From Euglena gracilis (taxonomy: Eukaryota), in NCBI GenBank assembly GCA_039621445.1, contig CP154954.1, positions 32,264,012-32,328,011 on the forward strand: DNA of 64,000 bases, in the 5' to 3' direction. A model generated the notes under the pieces. The model did not search any database. It saw only the letters and a list, made by a program, of their open reading frames with translations, and had not been told where the DNA came from. Both the position numbers and the translations under genes were made by a program. Below are positions 11,301 through 49,140 of the stretch, piece by piece. Each line of letters begins with the position of its first letter. The first letter of the stretch is position 1.

Positions 11301-13780
11301 GGTGTGTATGTGTGTGTGTGTGTGTTGCAAACAAACTTTACACTACAAAGAGCACGAGCATTCTCAATTTTTTTGGGATTTCAAGGTAAAAGTGCGTTAA
11401 GTTTTAATTTGTTGATGGTTTTTACATTTCACACTTGCGTGGACAAATTCTTTGCTTGTTTTTGTGGATTATGAATTTTCCATATATAAAGGCATGCACA
11501 TGTGAGCAAGGCTTGTGCTTGGGGGGGGTAGCCAATAAGAATGTTTTATGCTTGTTTTGTTTTTCAGAAATACCAGTTTACCACTCGGAAATAGTCTTGT
11601 TTTGAATTTGCCACGGAGCTGATGTGCTTGTGAGAGGATCGGCAAGATGGGTCGCTGTGAGAACATTTGGGGAGGGCTTGTGCCCAAGAGGGCAAACCTT
11701 ACTGTGTTTCAAGTGACGTTTGAGTGCATTTTTAATTTGGGACATTTCTCTGCATTTGGGGTGGTTTTGGTTTGTCGGAAGGGGGGCCGCAGCGCACCCC
11801 CTGCCAACAGGAGTACCGAAAGAGGAACCCGAAGAGCAACGCCGTCCAGAAGGCGGCCACCGACCAGGGCTTCGTCGGCCTGGCGTACCTCCAGTGGCGA
11901 GCCCAGAACCGGAGCATCGCCCCGGGGGGTCCCGTGGCAAGATCTTGGTTCGCCAACAAGTCGCGGTGGGGTGGCAGTCCAGATGGGGTTTTGGGAGTGG
12001 GCGTGCTCTCTGCTTTAGGAGAAGAGCCCAGCCCAACGTCAGCCTGGTCCTGGATCCCACTGCCCTACTCCCCTGAGTGGTCTCAACCCGGCAGTATTGT
12101 TTCATTTATGTTTTTTTGCACTCCATCTGACGATATTTTCCGAAACCAGGGGCACAGTGAGTCACGCAACGAAGTTGACCAAATTCCTTGAAACCCTCCC
12201 TTTTTTGCCCTGGTCAGCGTTTATGGGCAGTCCCTCCCATTTTGCATGGTCCGAAAGTTTGGTTTTGAGGGCAGGAATAAAACACAAGTGGCAGTCCAGG
12301 GTGTAAAGTGAGCGTTGGTTTTGTACAGGGAGTGGAAGGGGGGTCCGGAGCACCGTTTTTTTTCCAAGCTGGCGGGTCAAAAAAAAAACTCCTTCCCCCA
12401 GCGCTTTGTGCTGTAAAACTTAAGTTTTTTCAACTGTTTTTTTTGTCAATTTGTTGAAAAAGTCACCTGGAAACAAAATAGCCCTCAAATTTTTTTACGG
12501 CGCTTCCTGTCAGGTTTTCTTTTCCCCAGAGGGAAGGAAGGTGTTGACCCCCCCCAGGGGTCAGAGACCACCTCCCCCCCCCCCTCACTGAATACCCTGG
12601 GTCCAGCAGCCCATGTGGTTCCACCACTCAACCGGACACCTGGCTGGCTTGGGTCCTGTTCTTGAGAAAGCATTGGCCAAGCTCAGTGGCCGATACGATT
12701 TATGGGAATGGCCCGGTGGCCCGTCGCCAAGACGACCAACAACCACCCCATGGTTTTCCTGCCGGTGGACGGCGTCGCAGACCGCCACCCCCCCCCCACC
12801 CCCCAAACCCAGCCAAGCACAGGACGCCCCTGCCCCGTCCTGGACTGCAATGAGCCCAGGCTCCCGCACAACCAGCCCCTCGCCGCTCAGTGGTCCTGCC
12901 CAACAGGGCCTGGAATTTAGGCGGCGTAACTCGCACTGGAGGGATTTTGTGTCTGTGTGCGCATTTACGCACACCGACACAGTTTTTATCTTTGGAAGGT
13001 TGAGGTTAAGGTTTTTTGCACTGCGTGTGACACCCCCCTCCGTTTGTTGATCTTCAAAATTTTCCAGTGGTGACACCACAGGAAATGGTGCAAACTTGGC
13101 CTTTCTGACCCTCTGAAACACGTCTCCAAGCTGAGAAACCTTTGAGATTGACCTCCCTGAAATGAGAAATTTGCCAGAAATAATCGAAACCGCAGCCCTG
13201 GCCCCCCTCATTTCTTGCCAGCGAGGTGGTGTTTGGGGGTGGGATGAGAGGGCTTTGCTTGCTTTCTGAAGCCCTGCGACACGTTGTGCAGGTTTCTGAA
13301 GTTTGTTCCAACAGGAGTGGAAATTCACATGCGACACAAGTAACATTTTGATGGAAGTAACAATTTGGGTGACAACACCTGACTCCCAAAACCAAATTAT
13401 CATCAGGATGTGATCTGGTGCCCCAGGACGAGAGATGGAACAGGAACTTTGAAAGCTGGGGTCCAAGGGCGGGTGTCACCCAGAATATGAGGTACATAAC
13501 ATAACACCCAGCATGCGACAGAATTCTTCAACAGCCCATTTCTATCTAAAAAAATGCAGGTTGACGAAAATGCGCACACCGACTAAGGAAAAAATATTTA
13601 AGGGCAAGTTACACTGCCGAAGTGGAGACTCCACATCCCCCTGGCAAATAGCCATTGGGGACAGGTGGCTCTGTCATGACTCACCGGGGGTTGTGGAGGA
13701 AGTCTGTTGCGGACCATCATCCAGAACGTGTGGCGGGCAGAGGCCGACTTCTGCCAGCACAATTTGCACAACTGTCGCAC
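3783..13780 (+). CDS. Spliced gene span: secreted/type II membrane PLOD-like (procollagen glycosyltransferase domain) GT-A glycosyltransferase
   Basis: Joined exons read ELFFFTIASRQYGFVCDMLRSAVRNNIT / MHVFGWHEKHLTKKTKVVKIPLILAALK / TVPPDTVVVMVDAFDVLF...RELNADVVV / GCERACY...ERFP / GYGGLNSGALIGKA / TDQGFVGLAYL / SLVLDPTALL / TTNNHPMVF. This is colinear with the PLOD GT domain motifs (TVAT, DSYDV, FSAE, LNSGGFIG, DDQ, LD, P-x-x-H). Hydrophobic N-terminus from the ATG at 3783. The 5' and 3' exons are not fully resolved. Confidence 0.8.
4116..4316 (+). CDS. Glycosyltransferase exon (Pro-rich stem, then ELFFFTIASR...NNIT)
   Basis: GC3-rich codons; first GT-domain strand; 5' border approximate; no GT at the 3' end. 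Confidence 0.7.
4440..4523 (+). CDS. Glycosyltransferase exon MHVFGW...LAALK
   Basis: Ends AAG|gtgtgg, phase 0, matching the acceptor at 4840. Confidence 0.8.
4841..4955 (+). CDS. Glycosyltransferase exon with the DAFD acidic motif
   Basis: catcag|ACG...GTC G|gtatgc; 115 nt; VVMVDAFDVLF. Confidence 0.88.
5595..6070. repeat. Tandem duplication of ~230-250 bp
   Basis: atcttaagatgg...ccaagtttagctaatgga present twice. Confidence 0.9.
6197..6256 (+). CDS. Glycosyltransferase exon GCERACYNEMLGQTCYERFP
   Basis: cccag|GG phase 1 matches the upstream donor; equivalent to SAE-x-x-C-x-P; 3' border non-canonical and approximate. Confidence 0.75.
6291..10701. mobile_element. 4.4-kb non-autonomous TIR element inside the glycosyltransferase intron
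   Basis: Ends cagggttcgctataagg / cctttatatcgaagcctg; flanks ccctcacc / ccttcacc (7 of 8); interior built of reiterated blocks. Confidence 0.75.
10362..10512. repeat. 21-22 bp tandem repeat, about 6 copies
   Basis: tttgtccaaaagtttcaa(t/c)aa. Confidence 0.95.
11042..11127 (+). CDS. Glycosyltransferase exon PASGYGGLNSGALIGKAGAVTELYQLAA
   Basis: ag|GC...GCA|gtatgg; LNSG-x-x-IG motif. Confidence 0.85.
11811..11965 (+). CDS. Glycosyltransferase exon with DQ motif
   Basis: aacag|GAG...CG|gtgggg; phases fit both neighbours; a short internal intron cannot be excluded. Confidence 0.8.
12019..12070 (+). CDS. Glycosyltransferase exon RRAQPNVSLVLDPTALL
   Basis: tttag|G phase 2 after a 53-nt GT-AG intron; 3' end unresolved. 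Confidence 0.65.
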
Positions 13781-13808
13781 AAGTCTGCACACATGTCTGG
13801 TTGTGTGT

Positions 13809-13855
<47 letters not shown>

Positions 13856-15096
13856 GGTTTTGTGGGCTGTGTGTTGCCTTCGTGTTGCCGTAAGGAGATG
13901 GCGTTTCCATAATGATGGTTTGAGACCTCCAGAAAGTCTTTGCAGAATGCAACAATTGCTGTTTAGAATCCAACCGTTGTCTGGTTTCTCAAACATTCTC
14001 CCCACCGCTTTAGATCCATTGTATATGTGGTAGAATTATTAGTGGAATCCGGAAAATAATCACAGGAGACAAAAATACAGGAAACCACCCCAAATTCCCA
14101 TAACTTTTATTCCTGTAACTTTTTATCCAGTGTACCCTTCCTACGACCTTTTTGGCGGGGACCACTCTCAAGGGTGCTCTGAACAGCAGGGTGGTCAAAT
14201 TTAAACACAAAGAGCGGGGTTACCTAATGTTGCCATTTTCTTGGGTTTATTTTGCAAAAAAAAAATCACGAAAACGAACATCAGACGTCCATCTTGACCA
14301 TTTCTTGGAATTTTGAGCTGCATTTTTTGCCTAAAATATTCATTACATTCCATCACTTTCCTCAAATTATGAAATTTCCCATAATTATTTTTTTCGAATC
14401 AATCATTTCCCAAAATATTCTTCCCGTGATATTCTTCCTGTAGTTTTTGTCTAACCGCAATTTTTGTCCGCATTGTACTTGGGATAAGGTTGGGATAAGG
14501 TTCTTTGTAAATGGGGGGAAATTTATCCAGTCCCATCCAAATTCCACCCATAAATTGAAATAAAACCTCCCCCCAAATATATCCCCCAAATGACCCCCCC
14601 CCAAATATTACTGCCCCCTCAGGGTCCGACTTCGGGAATCCGAAGTCGGACCCCCCCCCCCGAACAACACCAACGGAGGGGATTTTTTGGACTTGCTGCG
14701 ACCTTCATGGACAAGGTTTTTGGCTTCGAAGAAATGGCCAATGAAAATTTTTTTCACGTGGAACACAATCAAGCATCATAAAATATGCAACAGTCGGTGA
14801 GGTGTGTTAGTGGTGCGGGTTCCTCGTACAAGCAGTTGCACACAAGGAACACTTTTTGTGATGTCAGTGTTTGCCAGACACAAGGGGGGTATGTGTGCAC
14901 TGTTCATGGATACGGAGCACTTTGTTCATGAGCACATCCCACACACGTTGTTCATTGGCCCACAAGCAGGGTATGCACACGCCCATGGGTATGGACGCCA
15001 TTTGCATGCAAAGTGCAAATACCCTCCACTTCCACCCCTCTCAGACACCACGCCCAGCATTATTTTTTTTTTTTGTCGGAAGTGTTTTTTTTTTTT

Positions 15097-15141
<45 letters not shown>

Positions 15142-15797
15142 CTTGTTTCCATTTCAATGGTGGCGAAATGCACAGCAAGCCACGCAGAGCCTCATTTTCC
15201 ATGTGTCCTCAAGATCTCAAGATATCACAAATCTCAACATCAAGATCAGAAGATATCACCAATTTAATAACACTCGGTCCCTGTGGAGTGGTTTATCACC
15301 TAGTTGGGTGTTTCGATATTAATTCTTGGGGAGTTAGGGGGGGGGGGGGGGTCGAAAATTGGGATGGACAAAACTGGCGAACGCAATCCCTCCATTTTTC
15401 CTCTTATTTTTTCCTCTATATTTTTTGTTTATTTATTTGGCCTCAAATAATAACATATGGCATTCCCCACGACATTTAGAAAGAAAATTCATTCACCATT
15501 TTCCCATGATGTTCAATGGAGGATGGCAAGAATGAATTGCCCCAAATTGCGAATGGCAAAAATGGCGCAAGCCCCCAAAAATGGCCCGAAAATGGTTGAG
15601 AATGATTGATATTTTGTCAACATGGACCACAATGGCCCGAAATTCTTGTCTATTGGCCAGAAAAACTGAAAATGGCCTAATTTTTGCCCTTACATCTGAC
15701 ACAACTGTCGCCACCCTTCAGAATCTGATTTTTTTTCAAAATGATGTAAAAGTAAATGAAATCTCCAAAGTGTCACAAACCTCCGAATGCCGCCGAC

Positions 15798-16207
15798 CAG
15801 GGGTTTTCTTAAGCCGGAGAGTTTTCCTACCCCGCCCCCGGGGGCAGCCAGCCAGCCAGCACCTTTCTTCCAGCCAGCACGGGGTCCGCTGAAATAAAGT
15901 TCGGGCCAGCCCGGAAAAGCCGGGCTGGATGTTTTGGCACAAAGCGCCGAAAAATTTTTGAGAATGGCCAAAAATGGCATTTTTGGGTGGTTTCTGGGTG
16001 TGCGCCTCTAAATTTTTGCTCCAACCCAGCTTTTAGCTGTATTTTGGCTTTTGAGGGGGCCTTTTTGGGGTACCCGCCGGGTCCAGCTCTCAGCTGGCCA
16101 GACCTCCCCACTGGACCCCACCCCAGGGGGGGGGGGGTGCAGCCAGCACCTTTTTCCAGCCAGCCCGCCGGACACCCCCCCCCGGGTGTCCTTAAGGAAA
16201 ACCTTCG
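15798..16207. mobile_element. MITE with caggggttttcttaag-type TIR
   Basis: caggggttttcttaag ... cttaaggaaaaccttcg; ccagccagcc subterminal motifs; TSD not clear. Confidence 0.7.
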
Positions 16208-16218
16208 GCGTCTGAAAA

Positions 16219-41358
<25,140 letters not shown>

Positions 41359-42381
41359 GTGTGTGTTGGTTGGTGTGTTTATTGTGTGTGTGTGTGTGTG
41401 TGTGTTGCGTGTGTTGCGTGTGTGTTGTGGGTCTGTGTTGTGTGTGTGTGTGTGTGAATTAAGTTAAAGAATGCAATGTAATAAATAAGGAAAATCTGGA
41501 TGGAAATTAATATTAAATAATATAAAGTTTAATGAAACGGTCAAAATTGATGATGAACAGACAATATTTTTTTGATTCAAAAGAAGGAAGTTAAATATTC
41601 GAAATCAGTCTTAGGCGGCGCATCTCGCACTTTTTTTGGCCGATGTGCGCATTTTCGCAAACCGACCAAAATCCGATTTGAGCACTGGCGTTACAAGGGA
41701 ACAGGTTGGACAAAATACGGCGATTTCTCGTTTTGGGCACCGGCTCTCCCGGGAATTCCGCGGTTTTTTTTGCTGTTTTTTTTTTGATGTCGGAATGACA
41801 CGAAAACCCCCAGACCTATCCCCTCAAAGTGAAAAAAACACCGACAAAAACACCAATATCCCGGTACCGCCACCCCCCATTCCATGTGTGACAACTGCCA
41901 GCGCCAGGTGGTGCTCTGGAGGTGGGGTTGCAGGTCCGCCCCTTTGCTTGCATTGTGAAGTTTTTCAGCACGTTGTGGAGGTTGTTGAAGCTGGTCACAA
42001 AAGGAGTGGAAGTGCACATGCAACGAATGCAATGGGTAGAAAGAAAACTCTGCCACTGGGGGTTGATGAGGGGGATACAGAACACCGGAGGACTGCCACC
42101 AGTTTCCTGTTGAAATCAATGGCAAGTTGCCCATCAATGCCCCACTGATGGTAAAGGCTCCATGGCACCCATACAACGGCGTAAATGATGTTGGTGTGCG
42201 CAAATGCGCACATGGACGATGTGCGCATTTGCGCACACCGACCACTTTGAAACCAACCAAGAGCCTCCTACAGTGGGGGAACTAAATAGTGGGACACTCA
42301 AAAAAGGAAGTTCCCCCCGAAACTCACTCAAGCTGCACAAGATTGTTTTTTACCTGCAAGGATTATGGTGTCTATTGTTCT

Positions 42382-42840
42382 CAACCCCCCTGGGGGGGGG
42401 GGTCCAGCCTCCGGCTGAAAAAAAAGGCTGCTGGCTGGAAATGAGCTGCTAGCTGGAAATGAGCTGCTGGACCCCCCCTGGGGGGATAGGGGGGGTCTGG
42501 GGCTGGAGGGGGCTGTGCTGGGCTGGGTCGATGAACAACAAATTTTCTAAAACATTTTTGCCTTCTCGACATTTTCATGGATGGAGCCAGAGTGTATGTG
42601 CCAGACATTGAGGGCGAGGAAGCTGTGATGAGTAAAAAAAAAAATGCAGGGATAGGTGAGCTGGGCAGCCCAGTTTGCCAGTTGGCTGGCCAGCCTGCGG
42701 CCAGCTGGCCCGGCCTTTGGCCGGGCTGGACCCAACTTTGTCCCAGCCCCGATTTGGGCTGCTGGCTGGATTTGAGCTGCTGGCTGGCTGGACCCCCCCC
42801 CCCCGGGGATGGGGTCCCCTCCGGCTTAAGAAATCTCCTG
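42382..42840 (-). mobile_element. Inverted relative of the 27225-27701 MITE with a damaged left TIR
   Basis: Reverse-complement similarity; ends cttaagaaatctcctg; flanks attgttct / atcgttct. Confidence 0.75.
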
Positions 42841-42907
42841 ATCGTTCTCACATGAATAATTACGGGCTTTTGCCATTCAAAGAATGGCAATGAGCTGGAG
42901 GAAGGCT

Positions 42908-43135
42908 TCAATAACGCGTGGGCCCTCCACGAGAGTCCAGGACAGCCACAATGCGGCTGGGCGTGGATTCATACAATACCCCAATTTGCTGGGGAGCAAC
43001 ATCTGCGAAAGCGCGCTGGAGTGTGGACCACAGTTCGTTTCGGTTGGAGAAAATGCAGCCTTCCAGCTTTGCGGTCACCAACGGCCATATGTGCTCGATT
43101 GGGTATCGGTCGGGGCTCATCGGAGGCCAGGTGCC
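42908..43135 (-). pseudogene. Tc1/mariner (DDE_3-type) transposase C-terminal fragment
   Basis: WPPMSPDRYPIEHIW...ELWSTLQRAF...LYESTPSRIVAVLDSRGGPTRY* matches the Tc1 pattern WPxxSPDLNPIE...SMPxR...GGxTxY. Confidence 0.88.
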
Positions 43136-46100
43136 GGGTTCGTTTTTTTTTTCGAGACCCTACCGGGGTAAAATGGGTGTGGGGGACAGGGTTCGATATA
43201 AGGAGGGCGTACATGGTTTAGGTGGGGGGGGGGGGTGTCCCCCCCCCCCCCCCCCTCCTGGCCCGCAGGGGGGGGTCCGGACCACCCCCCCCCACCTGCA
43301 AGGACCTCTCCACCGGGACCCCAGCGGCGCCCAGCCTCACCGATTTTCGGCGGAGAGGTGGCAACATGCCCTAGGCATGGCTAACCGGGCAAACCTGGGA
43401 TGAGGTGGCCCCCCCACCTTTTTCAGCAGAGCACCGCTGACCCCCCCCCGCCACACAACCCTCCCCCCAACGCACTGCTATCGGTGCCCGATCGCCCCTA
43501 ACGCCCCCCCCCCCACTGCGCCACGTGGCCCCTGACAGCAACTCCGACCGCCCACAGCCAATCCAGGGGTCTCGTAGGCTTTTCCCTCATGTTCTCGGAG
43601 AACCTACCAGGCCTCCCTGGACTTCTCCCCCCCCCCTCCACTCCGCCCCAGTGGTGGTGGGGGGGCCGCTGCTACACTGGCTCTTCCACCACTCGGCCCG
43701 GGGACCCCGGGCCGGCCTCCGACCTCGTGTACCTCCCCGCACAGTGGGATTCTATGTGCCATCGGGCACCTTCACACACTCGGGGGGCCTCCCCGGGAAA
43801 CCTTGAACATCCACCAGCCCCCCACCCCCAGAAACTAGTCTTACTATAGCAATTTTTTCCCCTCCCTACCCCCCCCCACAGAGTCCAACGGGCAAGGGCC
43901 GCCACACCCCCATCCACCCCGCCCACCCGCGCCTCAGCTTCACAGTGCTGCTCAGCAAGCCTTTTCCCCTCTCACCACCCTACCCCACAACGCCCCAGCA
44001 GGCACGCTCTACCAAAACCGAGCGCAGATTGCACACCAATCACACACTCAAAACCCGACCTGACTTCCCCGGAGCGGGGCGCCATCCCCCGCCCGGGGGC
44101 CCCAAATGGACTCCCACGGCCCTAAGGGGAAGCAATCGCCCCTGGGGGCCCCCAGCCCTGCTCGAGAGCCTCCACGAGCTCATCGTGATCCTCCCACCCG
44201 GAACGCATGCCGGGTGGTCACACAGCAAAACCCTCCCTCCCCGTGTGGCCGGCCATCGCCCACGGGGCACAACGTACTTAGGTCACACACGGGGGGCTCT
44301 TTTTCCGGCGTTACATGTTCTCGGCGGGCAAGCGACACCGGACCGTGAAGTACCCGGCCGGCAAGCGTACCCCGACAAGACTGCGCCAGGCTCGGGGCCG
44401 CCCGACGCAGTCCTGTGGGCTTGGTATACGCCCCTCAGTCCCCCCACCCCCATCACCTCTGCCACCGAAGGACAAAGACTTCTTTATTTATTTACGCGAT
44501 AACCACCCGCAAGTCCCCCCCCCCCGATTTTTCACAGCCTTGCACCATTCAGGCATTGTGCCCATTAACCCCCACCCCCCCTCAAATCAGCATCACCTCA
44601 GCCCCGAACCCACACGACCTCCTCCCCTCCCGTGCACCTGCTGCGAAAATCCAGGGACAGGCCCCTCACAGTCCGCGGCCCCCCCCCCCCCCCCGACAGA
44701 CACCTCCCCACCCTGTGTGGGTGCCTGGCCCACGCCGGGAGGCAGCGCCGGAATCCGCTCCACCGTCCTGGCCCGCCCCCAACCCCAGCTTACGTACGGG
44801 CCACGGACCAATGAGCTCGGCCGCCCGGTCGCCTGAGCCTGCGGCGGCCCATTCCTCCCCCAGAACCGATCGCACGCGCCACCCCCAATCACCCAGACAC
44901 GGCACGTCCGCACCTTGTGCGCTACCCCCCCCCTTCCGGAGGCCCCACCGGACGGCACCCGCGCTCATGCAGTAGCCACCTGGCCACCCTCAGTTGCCCC
45001 TGCATTCAGAGACCAGCCCCAACCCGTTACCTGGCAATTTTTTTTTTGCAATATTTTTTTTTTGCGTGATAACCACCCGCAAGACTTCCCTTGAGAGTGC
45101 CGGGCCACACCCCTGGCATCATCATGCAGTACCACCAACTGGGTTGACCGGGGCGACACCAGCCCTCTGAGACAAACCCCCATCCCCTGCACCAGGCTGC
45201 CCCCCCCCCATTTTTCGCGGCCTTGCACCGCCCAGGCACTGTGCCCATTAACGTCCCCCCCCCAAATCAACGTCACCCCAGCCCCGAACCCACACGATCC
45301 CCCCTGCTCACTTGCTGCAGAAACCCAGGAACGGGCCCCTCACAGCACGCAGACCCCCCCAACAGACACCCCCCACCCTGTGTGGGTGCTCGGCTCATGC
45401 CGGGCGGCAGCGCGGGCATTTGCCCTACCGTCCTGGCCCGGCTCCAACCCCCGCTTCTGTACGGGCCACGGACCAGTGAGCGTGGGCCCGGTCGCCTAAG
45501 CCCGCGGCAGCCTCCCCGGAGCCGATCGCACCCCCCCCCCCCCTAAATACGCATCACATCATATTACCCCCAGACCCCGTGCGCGCTCTGCCTGCCCCGC
45601 AACGTAGGGAACCCCAATGGGGGGAGACATTTATCCCCCCCCTCATCCGAACTGGATTACAGCCTCACCACGACCTCCACAACAAACCACAGACACCCCA
45701 CCACTCCTCGCCCGACCCAGAATGTCGTAGGGCACGACTTCATGCCCGACAATAGAATGGCAACCCCCGGGCACCCGACAGCTTCAAACCCATCACAAGG
45801 CTTCTCAGGCCCAACCAGACAAACTCTTAGTCACTGGACGAACCTAGAGGCGACTGAGTGCTAGATCAGAGCAACCAACACTCCTAAGGCTCAACGTACC
45901 TCCATTCCAAAGCCCCCCCCCCTGCGCAGCGGAGCCCAGCCTCTCCGTGGCGTAGGCGGTTTGGTTTTTTTCCTTTTTTCTTTCTTTTCTTTTTGTTTTT
46001 GTTTACATCATCCCGACCTCCTCCCAGCACGCACTCATCATATCATCCGGCCACTGCGAGGGGGGGGGGTACCTGGGACCCCCCTAAAAAGGGTCATTTT

Positions 46101-46339
46101 TTTTCTCCAGCACTGTGCGCCAAACTTTTTTTTGTTTTGCATTTTTGGCAAATTTTTGCCCATAAAGTGCCCAAAATGGCATTTTTGGTCGTTTTTGGGG
46201 GGTCAAAAATTTTCGGCCGGGCGCTTTGAGCCGGGCCGAAAATTGGTCACCCGGGCCGCGCCACAGTTCAGGTGGGGGGGCGCCCCCCCCCCCTCCTGGC
46301 CCGCAGGGGGGTCCGGACCCCCCCCCACCTGCCAGGGTC

Positions 46340-49140
46340 ACATCATCCAGGCCTCTGCCCCCCAACACGCCCTCATCCATCCATCACATCATCCTGGCCT
46401 CTGCCCCCCAGCGGGCACGCCCTCATTCATTCAACATACCATCCCGGCCTCTGCCCCCCAGCGGGCACGCCCTCATCCCCCCATCATACCATCCCGGCCT
46501 CTGCCCCCCCAGCGGGCACGCCCTCATCCATCCATCACACCATCCCGGCCTCTGCCCCCCAGCGGGCACGCCCTCATCCATCCATCACACCATCCCGGCC
46601 TCTGCCCCCCAGCGGGCACGCCCTCATCCATCCATCACACCATCCCGGCCTCTGCCCCCCAGCGGGCACGCCCTCATCCATCCAACATACCATCCCGGCC
46701 TCTGCCCCCCAGCGGGCACGCCCTCATCCCCCCATCATACCATCCCGGCCTCTGCCCCCCCAGCGGGCACGCCCTCATCCATCCATCACATCATCCCGGC
46801 CTCTGCCCCCCAGCGGGCACGCCCTCATCCATCCAACATACCATCCCGGCCTCTGCCCCCCAGCGGGCACGCCCTCATCCCCCCATCATACCATCCCGGC
46901 CTCTGCCCCCCAGCGGGCACGCCCTCATCCATCCATCACATCATCCCGGCCTCTGCCCCCCAGCGGGCACGCCCTCATCCATCACATCATCCCCGCCTCT
47001 GCCCCCCTTCGGGCACGCCCTCATCCATCCATCAGACCATCCCGCCCTCTGCCCCCCAGCGGGCACGCCCTCATCCATCCATCACACCATCCCGGCCTCT
47101 GCCCCCCCAGCGGGCACGCCCTCATCCATCTATCATACCATCCCGGCCTCTGCCCCCCCAGCGGGCACGCCCTCATCCATCCATCACATCATCCCGGCCT
47201 CTGCCCCCCCAGCGGGCACGCCCTCATCCCCCCATCATACCATCCCGGCCTCTGCCCCCCAGCGGGCACGCCCTCATCCATCCATCACACCATCCCGGCC
47301 TCTGCCCCCCAGCGGGCACGCCCTCATCCATCCATCACACCATCCCGGCCTCTGCCCCCCAGCGGGCACGCCCTCATCCATCCATCACACCATCCCGGCC
47401 TCTGCCTCCCAGCGGGCACGCCCTCATCTATTCAACATACCATCCCGGCCTCTGCCCCCCAGCGGGCACGCCCTCATCCCCCCATCATACCATCCCGGCC
47501 TCTGCCCCCCCCAGCGGGCACGCCCTCATCCATCCAACATACCATCCCGGCCTCTGCCCCCCAGCGGGCACGCCCTCATCCCCCCATCATACCATCCCGG
47601 CCTCTGCCCCCCCAGCGGGCACGCCCTCATCCATCCATCACATCATCCTGGCCTCTGCCCCCCAGCGGGCACACCCTCATCCATCCAACATACCATCCCG
47701 GCCACTGCCCCCCAGCGGGCACGCCCTCATCCATCCATCACACCATCCCGGCCTCTGCCCCCCCAGCGGGCACGCCCTCATCCATCCATCACATCATCCC
47801 GGCCTCTGCCCCCCAGCGGGCACGCCCTCATCCATCCAATATACCATCCCGGCCTCTGCCCCCCAGCGGGCACGCCCTCATCCCCCCATCATACCATCCC
47901 GGCCTCTGCCCCCCCCGCGGGCACGCCCTCATCCCCCCATCACATCATCCCGGCCTCTGCCCCCCCAGCGGGCACGCCCTCATCCCCCCATCATACCATC
48001 CCGGCCTCTGCCACCAGCGGTCACGCCCTCATCACCCCATCCTACCATCCCGGCCTCTGCCCCCCCAGCGGGCACGCCCTCATCCATCCATCACACCATC
48101 CCGGCCTCTGCCCCCCAGCGGGCACGCCCTCATCCATCCATCACACCATCCCGGCCTCTGCCCCCGCAGCGGGCACGCCCTCATCCATCCATCACATCAT
48201 CCCGGCCTCTGCCCCCCAGCGGGCACGCCCTCATCCCCCCATCATACCATCCCGGCCTCTGCCCCACCGCGGGCACGCCCTCATCCATCACATCATCCCG
48301 GCCTCTGCCCCCCAGCGGGCACGCCCTCATCCCCCCATCATACCATCCCGGCCTCTGCCCCCCAGCGGGCACGCCCTCATCCCCCCCATCATACCATCCC
48401 GGCCTCTGCCCCCCAGCGGGCACGCCCTCATCCATCCATCACACCATCCCGGCCACTGCCCCCCAGCGGGCACGCCCTCATCCATCCATCACACCATCCC
48501 GGCCTCTGCCCCCCAGCGGGCACGCCCTCATCCCCCCATCATACCATCCCGGCCTCTGCCCCCCAGCGGGCACGCCCTCATCCCCCCATCATACCATCCC
48601 GGCCTCCCCCCCAGCGGTCCCGCCCTCATCCATCCAACATACCATCCCTGCCTCTGCCCCCCCAGCGGGCACGCCCTCATCCCCCCATCACACCATCCCG
48701 GCCACTGCCCCCCAGCGGGCACGCCCTCATCCATTCAACATACCATCCCGGCCTCTGCCCCCCCAGCGGGCACGCCCTCATCCATCCATCACACCATCCC
48801 GGCCTCTGCCCCCCAGCGGGCACGCCCTCATCCCCCCATCATACCATCCCGGCCTCTGCCCCCCAGCGGGCACGCCCTCATCCATCCAACATACCATCCC
48901 GGCCTCTGCCCACCCAGTGGGCACGCCCTCATCCATCCATCACATCATCCCGGCCTCTGCCCCCCAGCGGGCACGCCCTCATCCATCCAACATACCATCC
49001 CGGCCTCTGCCCCCCAGCGGGCACGCCCTCATCCATCCATCATACCGTCCCGGCCTCTGCCCCCCAGCGGGCATGCCCTCATCCCCCCATCATCCCATCC
49101 CAGCCTCTGTCCCCCCAGCGGGCACGCCCTCATCCACCCA
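46340..49140. repeat. 50-51 bp minisatellite, about 55 copies
   Basis: Unit catcccggcctctgccccccagcgggcacgccctcatccatccatcacac with a few recurring variants. Confidence 0.97.

Noticed and set aside
12751-12850. Exact junction giving MVF-HCN in the glycosyltransferase
   Set aside because: Plausible by homology and end pairing, but no self-consistent border was found
46340-49140. CRISPR-like constant/variable alternation
   Set aside because: Variable parts are ~12 bp, similar to each other and reused; no unique spacers, no cas genes, eukaryotic context
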